DNA of 55,918 bases from Carcharhinus longimanus. Lineage: Eukaryota. The translations under genes and the position numbers were made by a program. Shown here in pieces: positions 1 to 12,629 of the stretch. The stretch covers positions 79,481,327 through 79,537,244 of the forward strand of contig JASCQW010000027.1 in NCBI GenBank assembly GCA_030264375.1. The letters run 5' to 3'. Positions within the stretch are counted from its first letter, which is position 1. The number at the start of each line of letters is the position of its first letter. The notes below the pieces were generated by a model that saw only the letters and a list, made by a program, of their open reading frames with translations, had not been told where the DNA came from and did no database searches.

Positions 1-20
1 ATGCCTGTATAATTGGGGGG

Positions 21-317
21 GGGGGGCATGGTCACACAATGGTTAGCACTGCTGCCTCACAGTGCCAGGGACTTGAGTTCAATTCCTGGCTTGGGTCACT
101 GCCTGTGCAGAATCTGCATGTTCTCCCCGTGTCTGCGTGAGTTTCCTCTGGGTGCTCCAGTTTCCTCCCACAATCTGAAAAACGTTCATTGGCCATGCTA
201 AAATTCTGCCTTAGTGTACCTGAGCAGGTGCTGGATTATGGTGACTAAGGGATTTTCACAGTAACTTCATTGTGGTGTTAATATAAGCCTACTTCTGGCA
301 CTAATTAATAAACTTTA
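21..317 (+). mobile_element. HE1-like tRNA-derived SINE with alternative 3' tail
   Basis: Head ggcatggtcacacaatggttagcactgctgcctcacagtgccaggg, B-box gagttcaattcc, central ggtgctccagtttcctccca domain; tail ggattttcacagtaacttcattg...aataaacttt differs from the CR1-type tail of other copies. Confidence 0.85.
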
Positions 318-519
318 CAAAATTCTCAGTATCTCTAGGCAGACCTCATAGCTTATATCTCACAACCTTTGCTAAATCTCATCTACAGTTTCCACATGGC
401 TTTGAAATCATTCCCTAAATTTAACCAAAAATGTACGTTTGTGCAAACTGTTTCAAGTACCAATGCAAATAGCTTGCATTCTGATGGCTCCATATTGTAA
501 GATTGCAGCTACATGAAGA

Positions 520-655
520 TGTGGTGGCAATGTGGCTATCAGTGTTAGTAATCGTTAAACAACTGCATTGTTGCAAAACCCCATCTGGTTTTTTACGGTT
601 CTTTCATAATCTTTGGGGAAGGAAATCTGTCACTCTTACCTGGCCTGGCCTGCTG
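520..655 (+). mobile_element. Degenerate fragment of second SINE family
   Basis: aaaaccccatctggtt...ggaaggaaatctgtcactcttacctggcctggcctg matches copies at 19885-20100 and 44090-44550. Confidence 0.55.
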
Positions 656-1326
656 GGATTTGAATTCTATACTCAACTCCAGAAAGTCTTTGCTGAGTAA
701 CAATTTTATTGACAATAGGCCAATCACTAATTTAGAACAAGGTTTATTGGAGAAAAATGATTAATCCTGAACATTTCACTAGTCGAGGCATGGCATGGTG
801 CAGCCTTTCCTGTGGATTCTGTGGATTCTGGCAATTCTCTTTTTAGTCCCTACAATCTACTCTTTTGACTCTACTTTAGTCAACTTAATTCCAATATACA
901 CACATAAACCCTTTGCAGCTTTAAGACTTCTAATGGCTCCATCTACCTATTTCACACCACTCTCTTCCTCCCGGTCTACAATTGCTGCAAATGCTGAAGG
1001 CAACTCTTACTTTCTTCTCAAAGCAACTACCTCAGTCCTTATAATGAATTCAAATACTGATACTAACACAACTACTAACTCCTAACTCTCTCCTGACAAG
1101 ACCCCCTTTGTTAGCAACTTTCCTGAGACCAATGGCAAATACAAGGAGCCCAGAGCGACTCCCCTATTTTTATAACCTTGTTGCTTTTGCAACGTTCAAC
1201 CCAAGTTTGAGCACCTGTGTAAATACAACTAATAACTTCTCCAAAATGTTTGTAACTCCTGACCAATGGGAAGTGAGGTTATTGCTTCCCTACAGCAAGC
1301 TCACTTCAATTTACACCCTGAAATTA

Positions 1327-1632
1327 GGTGGCATGGTGGCACGGTGGTTAGCACTGCTGCCTCACAGCGCCGGGGACCCAGGTTCAATTCCAGCCTCTGT
1401 GTGGAGTTTGCACATTCTCCCCTGTCTGCGTGGGTTCCCTCCCACTGCTCTGGTTTCCTCCCACACTCCAAAGGTACGTGGGTTAGGTTCATTGGTCATG
1501 ATAAATTGCCCCTAATGTCAGGGGACTAGCAGGATAAAGATGTGGGGTTACCCGAATGGGGCCTGGGTGAGATTGTGGTTGGTGCAGACTCGATGAGCCA
1601 AATGGCCTCCTTCTGCATTGTAGGGATTTTAT
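1327..1632 (+). mobile_element. HE1 SINE, near full length
   Basis: ggcatggtggcacggtggttagcactgctgcctcacagcgcc head, ggttcaattcc B-box, CR1-type tail gactcgatgagccaaatggcctccttctgcattgtaggg. Confidence 0.9.
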
Positions 1633-2831
1633 AAAGTTATGATTCTTGACCACTGGGAGAAGTATTCATACCATCTCCACAACAAACTAACTTTGAACCC
1701 CCTTTTCTTACAATTCAGGCCTTCAGATCATCCTTTCAACCAATCAGTATTCCAGTTTTGGTTTCCGTTTACTGCTAATGCCGAATTCACTGGAGCCCGA
1801 ATGCTCCATGTGTCCCATACCAATTTACAGAATTCTCAACAACATTTCACGAGACATACAAATTAAAACTTTCTATCAGTAAACGTATCTATAGCATAAT
1901 TTGATACCTTAAGCCTTGTTATTTACACAAATGTGTCAATGGGGTGAAGTCTAATAGGCCAACAGTGATTCCATTCTACAGAAATTTGGTTCACTCTTAA
2001 CTGTCCTCTGAAATATTTTCCATTCAAGAAGGCAAATTGATGCCACCTTCTTGAAGGAAATAGGGAACAGGCAATAACTGCCAAACTTGCCAGTGGCACC
2101 CACATAATAAAAATAAACACTTGCTGTGATGTTCATCCAAAAGTGGGCTGCGCATAAACAATTTTATGTTAAGCTGTCCCCTGCATGTGAGGCTCTGGTA
2201 GTCACACACAATCTATTCCCAAATATTCTGCATTTAACTCATGTTTTGAATAGATTTACCGTTACCCCTTTGCTTCCTATTCTGTGCCTCAAATAAAAGA
2301 GATAAGAATCATTCATAACACTGTCAATTTGTCCTCCCACTTTTAAAGGTATTACTATTTGAAGCTGTTCACTTCTCCAAATCCTTTTACTCTTTCACCA
2401 TCTTGTTTATGAATCTGTATTTCATTAACTTTCATGTTTGTTTTATCATTTCTTGTGGAATAAACTTCAGTATCTAAATTTTCTAAAGCTAAATATTTGG
2501 TTCAGGCAAACAAAAAGTTATTTCAAAGTCATAATTGACTGCTGCACAAGTAGACACATGAAGAGAACAACTCGGTCAGCTTTTCAAAGTACCTCATCAG
2601 GATAATTAAAGGTATTATTGCAGTGTTCTGTCTGAAGAAATAATTACAGAGATTGAAAAGGCATGACTCACGTTATAACCACTAAGAATACCGCAGCATG
2701 TGTGCAATGTAGTGGAGTTAAACTGTGGAGAAAATTGGATCTGGATATGCAGATATCATCAAACCTCATTTTAAATTCATGTATTCTGGTCTTATTTCTA
2801 TATAATAGTTATGTTTTGAAAAGCGAACAAC

Positions 2832-4205
2832 GAGCCGGATTTCCTCCTTGAGGCAGGAATTGGGAGTTCAGAAAATTCCCATCTCAACCCACCCATCTTT
2901 GGAGAAAGGACAGGATTATTATTGTGGGAGGAGAAGGGGTGTGGGAGTGGGCTGCAGTCAGACCAGATGGAGAAAGGTTTGGGGCTGCTCGGTGCAGAGA
3001 TGGATTGTTTAAAAGTCCCACCTCAGTGCTGTGGGACCCCATCCCAATAAATGATACATTCAGAAAGATCCTCCAGACCCCATTTCTCATACCTCCCCAT
3101 CCTCCACATACCCCATCTATGTCACCTTATTCTCCCCACCCACCCTCTATTGTCTCTTATGCCCCCATTCCAAGGTGTGCTCCCCCAAGCAACCCTAATA
3201 GCTACTCATGCCACATGCCAAGATATGGCTCTTCCATGCCCACTCATTCACTTCTCAATGCATACAAGCAATGAACTCTATACCAATGGGCCTATGTATG
3301 TGGAGACCCCAGAAATGTATTAGAGTCCTAAAACACCCAGGGAAAGCATTGCTTGATTGGCAGCTCTCAATGTCTGATCTATGCTGCTAATTTCACAATA
3401 TTTATTTACACAAGGTAAAGAGGTTGCAAGTGCTTGAAGTTTCAGCTATTGATGCTTTAAATTAGCTGGGTGATTGACACTTCTATTGGGGAGTACGAAA
3501 AGAAATCCTATTTAAACAAACTGAGAAATTATCAATGACTATTTTTCAATGTTTTTTTCACAGATCCTACTGCAACTATAGGGTTAATTGGTTCTAAACA
3601 TTATATAGTGGATGAAGGCTGTCGAAATTCCATAATTTAGTGTGACAGTCAAGGGGCCATGGGGTTGTTTGGATGCATTCTTGAACATGGAGGAATGAGG
3701 TGTGATGGAGGTGGGGTACATAGCCTGGCACAGGAGATATGAGGGGCCATAGGCATGGAGCGGGATACCTGGGTATAGAAAGAATGAGGGGTCATAGGGG
3801 CAGTTGGGGGCATATCTTAGCATGGGTATGAGGGGCCATAGGGGATAGGTACCGAGGGGATACCTTTACATGGAGGAGCATGATGAGGACTTTTTGAACT
3901 TATCTGTCAAGACAATAGTTCATGACACCTCTGTGGTTTCATGTGGTGTCAAGGACCACAATTCTTTGCAAAACTGTACCAAGCTCATGAAAATTGTGCT
4001 GGACCAGAGCATCCCTATCCCTGCAATGTAGCTGGAAAGGTTGGGAGTGCAGGTGCGGGGTCTCAAGCTGAACTAACCCACACTCCGAGAAGGCATTCCT
4101 GAAAATCTGAAACATTGGGAATGAGGTCAGCAAACTTAGGATCAAGGCAAGCCCGACATCTTTAAAGGGGTCCCAAGTCACCCTAACTCAGTAAAAAGCC
4201 AGCTG
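2832..4205. mobile_element. Old non-autonomous DNA-transposon-like element with internal inverted arms (Harbinger-type, inferred)
   Basis: C-rich arm ~3080-3300 is a degenerate reverse complement of G-rich arm ~3650-3880; AT-rich centre; ends resemble the ggc..gattt/aaaa..cagc termini of other MITEs here. Confidence 0.45.
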
Positions 4206-5634
4206 TTAGGGCAAGAATGAAGAGTTTTGAATGAATCATGCCCAAAGAGTTGGCCTCTCCTTTGAACTCCCATTCTTGTTGATTCTCTTTTCACCCCCGC
4301 AGCAAATCTCATACTCAGTTAATGTTGCCACACTTTTTCCCTTCACATCTCAGTAATTGCCAACACCCCACATCCTTCCCTAACACTAAAAAACCTGCAC
4401 TTGTTTCTGGCTTTCACTCCCCTCTTTCCTTCTCCCAAATATTCACTCAAAGTCTCTCAGCTTTTCCCACTACTCTTGTGATCCCCATTACTACATACTG
4501 TGGATGGGAATGCTGAGTCAATTTGAGCACTAGGGACAGATTGGAAGAACCCTCCCCCACCACCGAAGTCACGCTGTGGTCGGGGATGGTTGATCTGCAA
4601 TGATTTTCATCTGCCAATATGGAAATGATGGTGGGGGAGGGGGGGGCATCGTTCCCAGGACATTGCCTGCTGAAATTACAGATAATTATGGTAAAAACAT
4701 TAACCTATGATTATAGATAGCTAAGATCTATTATTCTTTGTACTATCTGTCTAGTTCATCATACATATGACAGACAAACTGGTTAGTCTGTGCATTTACA
4801 CTGTACAAACAATGGAGGGAAGTTTACTTAGGTCATATGTAAACATAACAGGAAGATGTTTGGCTAGACAATCTCATTTTTTTCTCTATTAGCCAAATCC
4901 TTTGAAGGCTGTGACTCATGCTGAGGTATTTATCGCCGATGGTAGCAGCCTTCTATTACCTCATATCAGTGATAATCATTCATCTGTGAGTCTAGACAAG
5001 GCAGTGGATGGATTTTCCACAGGACTATTAGCCAGCCATCCACCATGCAACTTTCAGTCAGGTCACAGGATAGTGAACAGGTTTAGGAAAGCTGGTTGAT
5101 TTTAGCTTTCCCTATCCAAGGAGTGCCAGGATTGATTGCACCATGCTCAGTGTTGCCTCTGCTGAGTTAGCACTCAATCAAAAAGACCCAAGAATTGAAT
5201 CACAGTGACCCTGATCTGCTTGGCTCAATGCCTCATTAAACTGTGCATTCATCCACTGTGCTACCAGAGTACTGCTCACTTGCTCTTTTGTGAATTAAGG
5301 AGCTGGGCAACGCATGTTCCCCAGGTCCCAATATTCTGACTCTGTAAGTATCTGGGTAAGCATGACAATTCAGCTTAGGTGGCACATTGAAGTTATCAGT
5401 TGTGCACCTCAGCCTGACCTAGAAATTGTCTTCTCACACCTACAATATGTTAGTAAATCTTAGTCACCTCATTTTCTACAGAGAGAGGGATTCTGGGGAC
5501 TGGAGAGACTTTCTTAGTGTTTGTAGAACACATGAAAGATCTCTAACGAAATAATGGGACAAAGTTGCTTTCCAGTGAGAGAAAGGAAACAAAAGCCAAA
5601 AAGGCAGCAGTTCCATCCATAATCACTCAAGCTA

Positions 5635-5850
5635 CAAAGACTTACAGCACAGAAACAGGCCATTTGGTCAGTTTATGCTGGTGCTTATGTTTCACATGCA
5701 CCTTCTCCTATTCTACTTACTTCATCTCCCTCCACCAACATAGCCTTTCCTTTCTCTTTGTGTACTTGCCCAGCTTTTCCTTTAACTACTTCTATGCTTT
5801 TTGCCTCAACCATTCCATGTGATAGCAAGTTCCACATCCTCATTTCTCTC
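5635..5850 (-). mobile_element. CR1 LINE 3' fragment
   Basis: acagcacagaaacaggccatttggtc tail and caaccattccatgtgatagcaagttccacat (reverse complement of the CR1 ORF2 C-terminal 'WN.L' region). Confidence 0.6.
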
Positions 5851-6734
5851 TCGTAGTCAAGGTTGAAAAAGAAAACAAGCAGCTGTGTGAGCCTTTTGGA
5901 TAACAGCAAGTGCATTTGTTGCATCAACATACAAACTGTCACTGTGCACCAATGCACAATGTACAGATTAGAATGATCCCAAGCACAGATTGTTGTGCTA
6001 TACCCCTGCTAGCTGGAGTGATACAGCTAGCCATAGTTCAATTCCCCTCTCCAGTCTCTGACATGTTTACAATATACACATTTATTCTCACATTGTGTGT
6101 TTTACAATCCAAGATTGATTTTAACTACATGTTTCCATTTGAATGGAGCTATATCTCTACATTTATTGACTGGACTAATGACCAAAAACCAGTGTAACAA
6201 TGTGACATTTCTGCCTTGTATCAAATAAATAAACGTTTAATAAATACTTTATTTCATTCTACATAATCAGAAATGTTGTTTACACAGGGATGTCTTAAAA
6301 GTAATATTATCCAGACAAAATGTTGGCTCATACAGCACTGTATTTTGTGTTCCTAATTGATGAAACGCTGCACGTTTAACCAGATTGATTATAGTTAGAT
6401 TGAACTGGGCTGTGCACTGATTTAATGCTTAATTTGTAAGAAGCCTAAATTAAATGGAATGTAGATTGTGACACTGGAAAATAGGGTTCATCCAAAAGTA
6501 CACTTGCACGTTTTTCTCATTGGTTGATTTTTGCTGCATTAAGGGTTCGGTTGCACGATGTCTAGCACAAGCAAGCTAAGAAACAAATGACATCATTACT
6601 AACCAACTAGCTTTGTGCAGTCCCTTTGCTTCCAGAGAGCTGTTCTGGTGACTGATAGATAGATTAAGAGACATTTGGCATAAATTCGAAAAGAAGATTC
6701 AGTATTCAATCCTTCTGGAATATATTCCCAGATT

Positions 6735-7400
6735 GTGATGGAGTTGCAAGAGAAAGCCACAAATTCTGAAAATAAGGATGCTGATACTCAATTTGGTAGA
6801 AAATCGTCTCTTGGGATTGTTCAATGATACAATTTTTACAAACAGTACAATCTTCCTCAAGATGCTTTCAATGCAAATGAATATTGTGAAGTTTAAACCC
6901 TTTACTCAATGTGACGGAGGTTTTGCAGTCTGCCATACGCTACTAGCAGCAATAACTCATTCTGTTACCATAATCACCCAACAGAATGAGAATATTGCTT
7001 CCCACCATCTCCCAATCAATCAATAGTGTATTTGAGAAGAAAGGAAAGCTTCCATATAATATGTGTTGATGATATATTGCTGAAGATCACAAAGCATTAC
7101 ATTGAAGGGACAATACAGTTTGATCATGGCAAATGGTGGCATAGTGTGGTAGATTGTTTATGAGCTGTCAGTATGTTCAATGGGGCGATAATTGTATTTT
7201 GAAAACTGCAGCATTTTTTAAACCAATAAGTTACTTGCTAATGTAAACCTCATGAACCAAAAAGCAGACTTGATATGAAAGCAGGAAGTTTACAATGTGA
7301 CAGACATTGTGTATAATAGGTAGTTTCTTAGACTGCTATTGATAAAATGTTTCCTGTAACAGTGTTGCCACAGCCACAACAATATAAGGAATGTCTGGAA
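6735..7400 (+). pseudogene. Highly decayed Harbinger-type DDE transposase remnant
   Basis: Stop-interrupted frame gives IVYLRRKESFHIICV (cf. Y.NRKG.HSINVQ) followed at suitable spacing by QFDHGKWWHSVVDC (cf. F.DV.A.WPGS.HDS). Confidence 0.4.
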
Positions 7401-8596
7401 TTTCAAGCTGAGCCCAGCGTTCTTCAGGAACTTCTTCACTGAGCTGCCCAGCTGGATAACAACAATGTCAATTCTATGCCTGGAGCAGTTTGTGTTATCA
7501 TTAGTTAAACATGAATGGTTCAGATTTAATATAGCTAACCCCTGACCTCCTTCTCCTTTTGGGCATTTCCTTCACTTGACCAGAAAATTCCACAGGCATT
7601 TATGTCATCAGATAATGGCACCTTGGAAAGAATGTGCCAAACTTAACCTAACAGGTATGATGCTAGCCTCCGGGTGATGGGGAATTATTATGTTAAAGGT
7701 TACCCTGATACAGAAAGTGTTTTCAAAGGGCGGGGCAGATGGAAGTAAATCAATCTGTTTCTCCCTTATAACAAACCTAGAAATGGCATCTGTTTTTTTA
7801 AAGGAATTATTTTCGTTGGGATATAGGGAAATGTTAAAATGTAATATAATGCCTGTAAAATTAGCCTGTCCACTCTGTGATTCTGTAGAAAACAAGATTT
7901 CTCTACCTTCTTAGTGATGGGAAAGTAGTCAGGGTTCTGGAGGTGTGAGAAAAAATCAATGCCAACTTTTCCAGAAACCAGATAGATCTAAATACTGCTT
8001 CAAAATAGCCTTCTTCTGTTTAGGTAGCCCCTGGTGTGAAGGAAGATTTGCTTTCCACTCCAACTGGGTGGGTTCTGCAATGGCTGATAAGTTCAATACC
8101 CAATGTACAGACTCGGTCACATAGGGGCAGGAGGTGCTTGAAGAGTTGAGCAGATAGGCTGATTGTATACTCCTTCTGATGTCACGACTTTGCCTCTGCA
8201 CATTTAAATGAAATTCCTCGTGTTCGGCATCTTCCTCAATGAGCCATGTCCATTTTGGTCAGTCACCAGCTAACATCTCCAGTAAGTTGATGGGTACATT
8301 TGATCTCCTCAAAGAAGCTTTGAAGACATTGCTAAAGAGTTTCTGCTGTCCTCCTGGGAATTTCCTCTAGCAACTAAGTTCCAAGTAGAGCAGTTGGTTC
8401 AGAAGTTTGGTGTCAAGCATTTGAATGACATGTCTCTCCCAATGGTATTGCTTTTGAGTTATTAGCACTTTGATGCTGGGCACATTGGCTTGGGAGAGGT
8501 CACTGCTGTTAGATTGCCTTTCTTGCCACCTGGGTTGGTGGATCTTGTGAAGGCATCACTGGTGGTAGTTTTCCAGTGCTTTGAAAAGTTAAAAGG

Positions 8597-8836
8597 AGAG
8601 TTTATTTATTTATTAGTCACAAGGTGGCTTACACTAACACTGCAATTAAGTTACTGTGAAAATCCCCTAGTTACCACACATTGGCGCCTGTTCGGTACAT
8701 TGAGGGACCAGAGGAAAATCCATGCAGACACGGGGAGAATGTGCAAACTCCACACAGACAGTGACCCAAGCCGGAATCAAAACTGAATCCCTGACACTGG
8801 AAGTAGCAGTGCTAACCACTGTGCCACCATGCCACC
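8597..8836 (-). mobile_element. HE1-like SINE with alternative tail, internally deleted, nested in the RTE LINE
   Basis: Reverse complement of head (gcagtgctaaccactgtgccaccatgcc) and of tail (agtttatttattattagtcacaagg...aagttactgtgaaaatcccctag). Confidence 0.85.
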
Positions 8837-9471
8837 CTTGAAGCATCTGTTGTGGGTTATCTGAGCCTCTGGAGCATGTAAGAGCACAGGGATCACTGAT
8901 GCCCAATAAACATGACTTTAGTCTTATGTTTAAGATCCTGGTCCTCAAACATTCTTTCCCTCAGTTGGCTGGTGGCTGAGTGGTACTTTGACAGTAATGA
9001 TGAATTTCATTATCTAGGTCTGCCTTAGTTAAAAAGAGGATCCCAAGATATGAAAATGGCCCACATTTTCCAGGTGTCACCACTGATCTTATAATATGGA
9101 TGGAGGATATGGGAACTGCTTGGAAGGAGAACTCAATTTTTGAGCTGTTTAGTGAAAGGTCCACTTTCTCATGTGCTTCAGAGAAGGAGTGGACAATGAC
9201 CTCAGTTCCTGAGTTCATGCACACGCAAGTGTCATTTGCATTTTGAAGATCTGTAATTGAAGTTGGAGTGATTTTGGTTTGTATTTGAAGGTGGGGTAGG
9301 TTAAACAATTTTCTGGCGGTGGGATGCAGTATTGCAGTGAGGTAAGTGGAGATAATGCACAACCTTTTCTGATCCTAGTTTTGAATGGAGTTTGTGGTGA
9401 TCCCATTGGTGAGGAGCAGGGCTTATATGCCACCATTGAATAGACAGAGGATAGTGATAATTTTCTGAGAT

Positions 9472-9862
9472 CAGTCATAGAGTCATAGAGGTTTACAGCA
9501 TGAAAACAAGCCCTTTGGCTCAACTTGTCCATGCCACCCTTTTTTTAAACCCCTAAGCTAGCCCCAGTTGCCCGCATTTGGCCCATATCCCTCCATGCCA
9601 TCTTACCCATGTAACTGTCTAAACACTTTTTAAAAGACAAAATTGTACCCACCTCTGGCAGCTTGTTCCAGACACTCACCAGCCTCTGTGTGAAAAAATT
9701 GCCCCTTTGGACACTTCTGTATTTTTCCCCTCTCATCTTAAACCTCTACTTTCTAGTTTTAGACTCCCCTACCTTTGGGAAAATACATTGCCTTTCTAGC
9801 TGATCTATGCCCCTCATTATTCTGTAGACCTCTATAAGATCATCCTTCAGCCTTCTATGTTT
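9472..9862 (-). mobile_element. CR1 LINE 3' end nested in the RTE LINE
   Basis: ORFs RRLKDDLIEVYRIMRGIDQ and RGNFFTQRLVSVWNKLP; (tcatagag)n tail. Confidence 0.9.
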
Positions 9863-10119
9863 CAGAGTCAAATTTAACTCTTTGCAGTTGTTAGAGTCAA
9901 ATGCTTTTTTGAGATTGAAATAGGACATGTACATCATTTGGTGCAATTCTCTGCATTTTTCTTGAATTTGCTGTGCAGTGAAGTTTGTGTTTATGGTGCC
10001 CCTTGATGGGCGAAAGCTACATTGTGACTCTGGAAGGGATTCCTAGGCCACTAGTAGGAGGTGATTGAACCGTCTTCCCTATGCCAGACAGCAGGGAGAC
10101 TCCTCTATTGCTTCTGATG

Positions 10120-10410
10120 TCAAATGGCTTTTCAGCTTCGCTCCATATGGGTCTTCACTCCAAGACTGAACCACACAGGGACAGAACGTTTCGAAGAGCT
10201 CCTCGACAGAGAATCTGGGCGGAATTTTACCAGCAAGTCAGCCCAAGGTTTGTATGGTCCTGCCCGAGGTTCTTACAGTCCCACCCAGGGCCAATGGAGA
10301 ATGCTGTTCTCCGAGCCTTATCCGCTCCCGGAATTGGGTTGGGCATGGCGGTAAAATTCCGGCCTTTGTCTTTGAGTTGAATGCCCTCAATTCCTTCCCT
10401 CAGAGGCATA
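10120..10410 (+). mobile_element. RTE ORF2 upstream segment in opposite orientation, split by a MITE
   Basis: HTGTERFEELLDRES[MITE]VFELNALNSFPQRH resembles the RTE RW.EHFEELLN..S..D...L..IPQ linker upstream of RT. Confidence 0.6.
10217..10364. mobile_element. Short MITE (Harbinger-type termini)
   Basis: TIRs gggcggaattttacc / ggtaaaattccggcc. Confidence 0.75.
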
Positions 10411-11408
10411 GTAGCACTTTGACTGGAAACGGAAGCATGTAAGTTGTTGGAGTGGCTATCACGGCAACCGTAGCAACTACATTTTTGATACTTTAGTCTG
10501 TGAACTTTGTTGCCATGGTCTGGATCGTACTGAAATCCAGTGAATTTCGCCTGAGGGCTCAGGAAAAGAACACCTTTGCAACACGCAACTGTCTCCTTCT
10601 ACCATTTCCATACCTGTAGCCTCATCGCAGGCATCCTCCCACATCAGCTTAGCCTTTGCTAAAAAGTTTGGCCTGGATTTTATTGCTCTTTATCCCTCCC
10701 ATAAATGTGTCTCGAAGATTGATTTTGAAGTTTGTTTCTGATGCACAATGACAAGAGGGTTTCTTTAATTAATAATATAATCAGTGCAGCCTCATTTGAA
10801 GTTGCTTCCTTTCACGGAACTCTGAATGTGATCTCCTTTCGTGCTATAACACAAATCCAGAATCTCATTAATTTCAGAATAGCTCATCATAATGAGATCT
10901 CTGGGCAATTTTGGTTAGACAACACTGCAAAATCACTGGTCCCAACAGGGTGAGGAAAACTTTATCCTCAATACTTCCTTCACTTTCTGCCAAATACATA
11001 ACCTTTGTTTGTAATTGTATCAGTCTTCTTTGTTAGGGTTGAATTCCCCCATTGTCCCCAAATATGTCTTCAGAGCCATTTTCTCAATTATGTACTATGC
11101 TGACTCACTTCATACCTGAACACAATTTGCACATGAAACAATCTTTCATTTTAAACTTCCTGAAAATCAACTTAGGGGTCAGAACTGTGTCAGAACAATC
11201 TTCAGTCCTTTATTTCTCAAATTAAATATAAGAGAAAATTCCATTGTGATCTTGTTGTCATCTTTCTGTTAAATCAACTTGTGGAACTTACAGCAAGCAA
11301 AAATTATTGAACTAATTTTAATCACATCTCCCCAACAGAGAGGGCAAAATAACAAAATGCTCAGATTCGCAATACACTAGCTTCAGTGTAATCTGACAAA
11401 AAAACATT

Positions 11409-11535
11409 GGGCGGGATTTTCCAGCCTTGTTCGCCCCAAGACCAGAAAATCCTGCCCGAGGTCAAAGGACATTTGCATCATCCGTGTCCTGCCTGCTACG
11501 CTTCCTGCGGCGGGCCATACGGGAAAATTCCACCA
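11409..11535. mobile_element. Short MITE (Harbinger-type termini)
   Basis: TIRs gggcgggattttcc / ggaaaattccacca. Confidence 0.7.
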
Positions 11536-12629
11536 TTATGTAGAATGGGGCAGCGTAACTTAACTCTTCTTATACTCAACAGATATTAGCCAAATAGTAG
11601 CACATGTTAATCCCTAAAACTGAAATTACACCAAGTTTCACGTGATACTTATATATTAGAAAATAAGTATTTTGTATACAAATCCCTGATGAAAGAAGAT
11701 TGCTGTCAGTTCATTCTGTCTCAATATTCAATGAAATTAGGAGAGTTACCAATCATCTCACAGCTATACCCTACTCAAGCATGGCTGTATAACCATTGAG
11801 CATCTGATAAAGATCAAGTAATAGTGTCCCTTTGTGCATAAACTTGGGGATAGCAGGAACTTTAAATCTTTACATTTTGCAACCAATGGACTGAAGTAAA
11901 CTGATGCAAAGAAATGAAAAATAGATTTGTTGAAGTAAATAAAATCAAGTCTGGAGGGCGAGTGAGGAATGAATGTGCAATTGGTACAATTTATTTCATT
12001 GTGCTCACGTGTAATCAATGACTGCCATGGAATTGATAAATGAATGATATTTTAAATTGAACAATTTTATACAATCAAAGAAAATCCCTGATCAACTCTC
12101 ACATAAGTGGTTTGCAAATAGCCAGCTTCCTCGGGGATTACTTGATCTATTTACCCTTTAGATTAGTTAGGCAAATATATATTGTGCAGATAGAAAGGGA
12201 TAGGTTTTACATGGATAGAAATTAAAAACGGGTGAACAGAGGGTTGGACAATGCAGCACAGTATCAAATCCAAAATACTACGCTAAGGTATACGGGGCAT
12301 GTTGCAGCAAGGAGATTTTATACAACCGAGACTCATACACTTGTTAATAATTGGAAAATACTGTATTGCAAAGCATTACTTTTGTGTACTTTACTTTCTT
12401 TTTCTTCTGATACACCTGATGAAATTTTGGGAGTAGCTACAGCTTCAGTCACGACAGCATGTTCACTGTAATCCCAGGCAGATATTTTATGTGGTGGACT
12501 CCAATATGTCAAAATGCAAGTGACAACTGGCCCTATTTTTGGCTGGGGCAAAAAGATACTGGATAAAAGGCATGGACAACTTAAGCAAGCCAAGAAAAGT
12601 GGCTGAACAGTTTCCATTGCTGCCTCCGA

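Larger units (their letters stand above)
7990..10115 (-). mobile_element. RTE-clade LINE, decayed ORF2 (RT to C-terminus), interrupted by a SINE and a CR1 fragment
   Basis: Minus-strand translations NRGVSLLS...LPESQCSFRPSRGT...IQEKCRE...FNLKKAFDS and DLQNANDTCVC (YADD motif)...GPFSYLG...KADLDNEIHH. Confidence 0.85.

Noticed and set aside
1327-1400. tRNA genes at SINE heads
   Set aside because: A/B boxes are present but continue into SINE core and tail; no complete cloverleaf.
690-1870. Gypsy LTR/PBS/gag remnant on the minus strand (aataggggagtcgctctggg near 1150-1170)
   Set aside because: Resemblance to a tRNA-Pro primer-binding site and gag start is too weak to support without a search.
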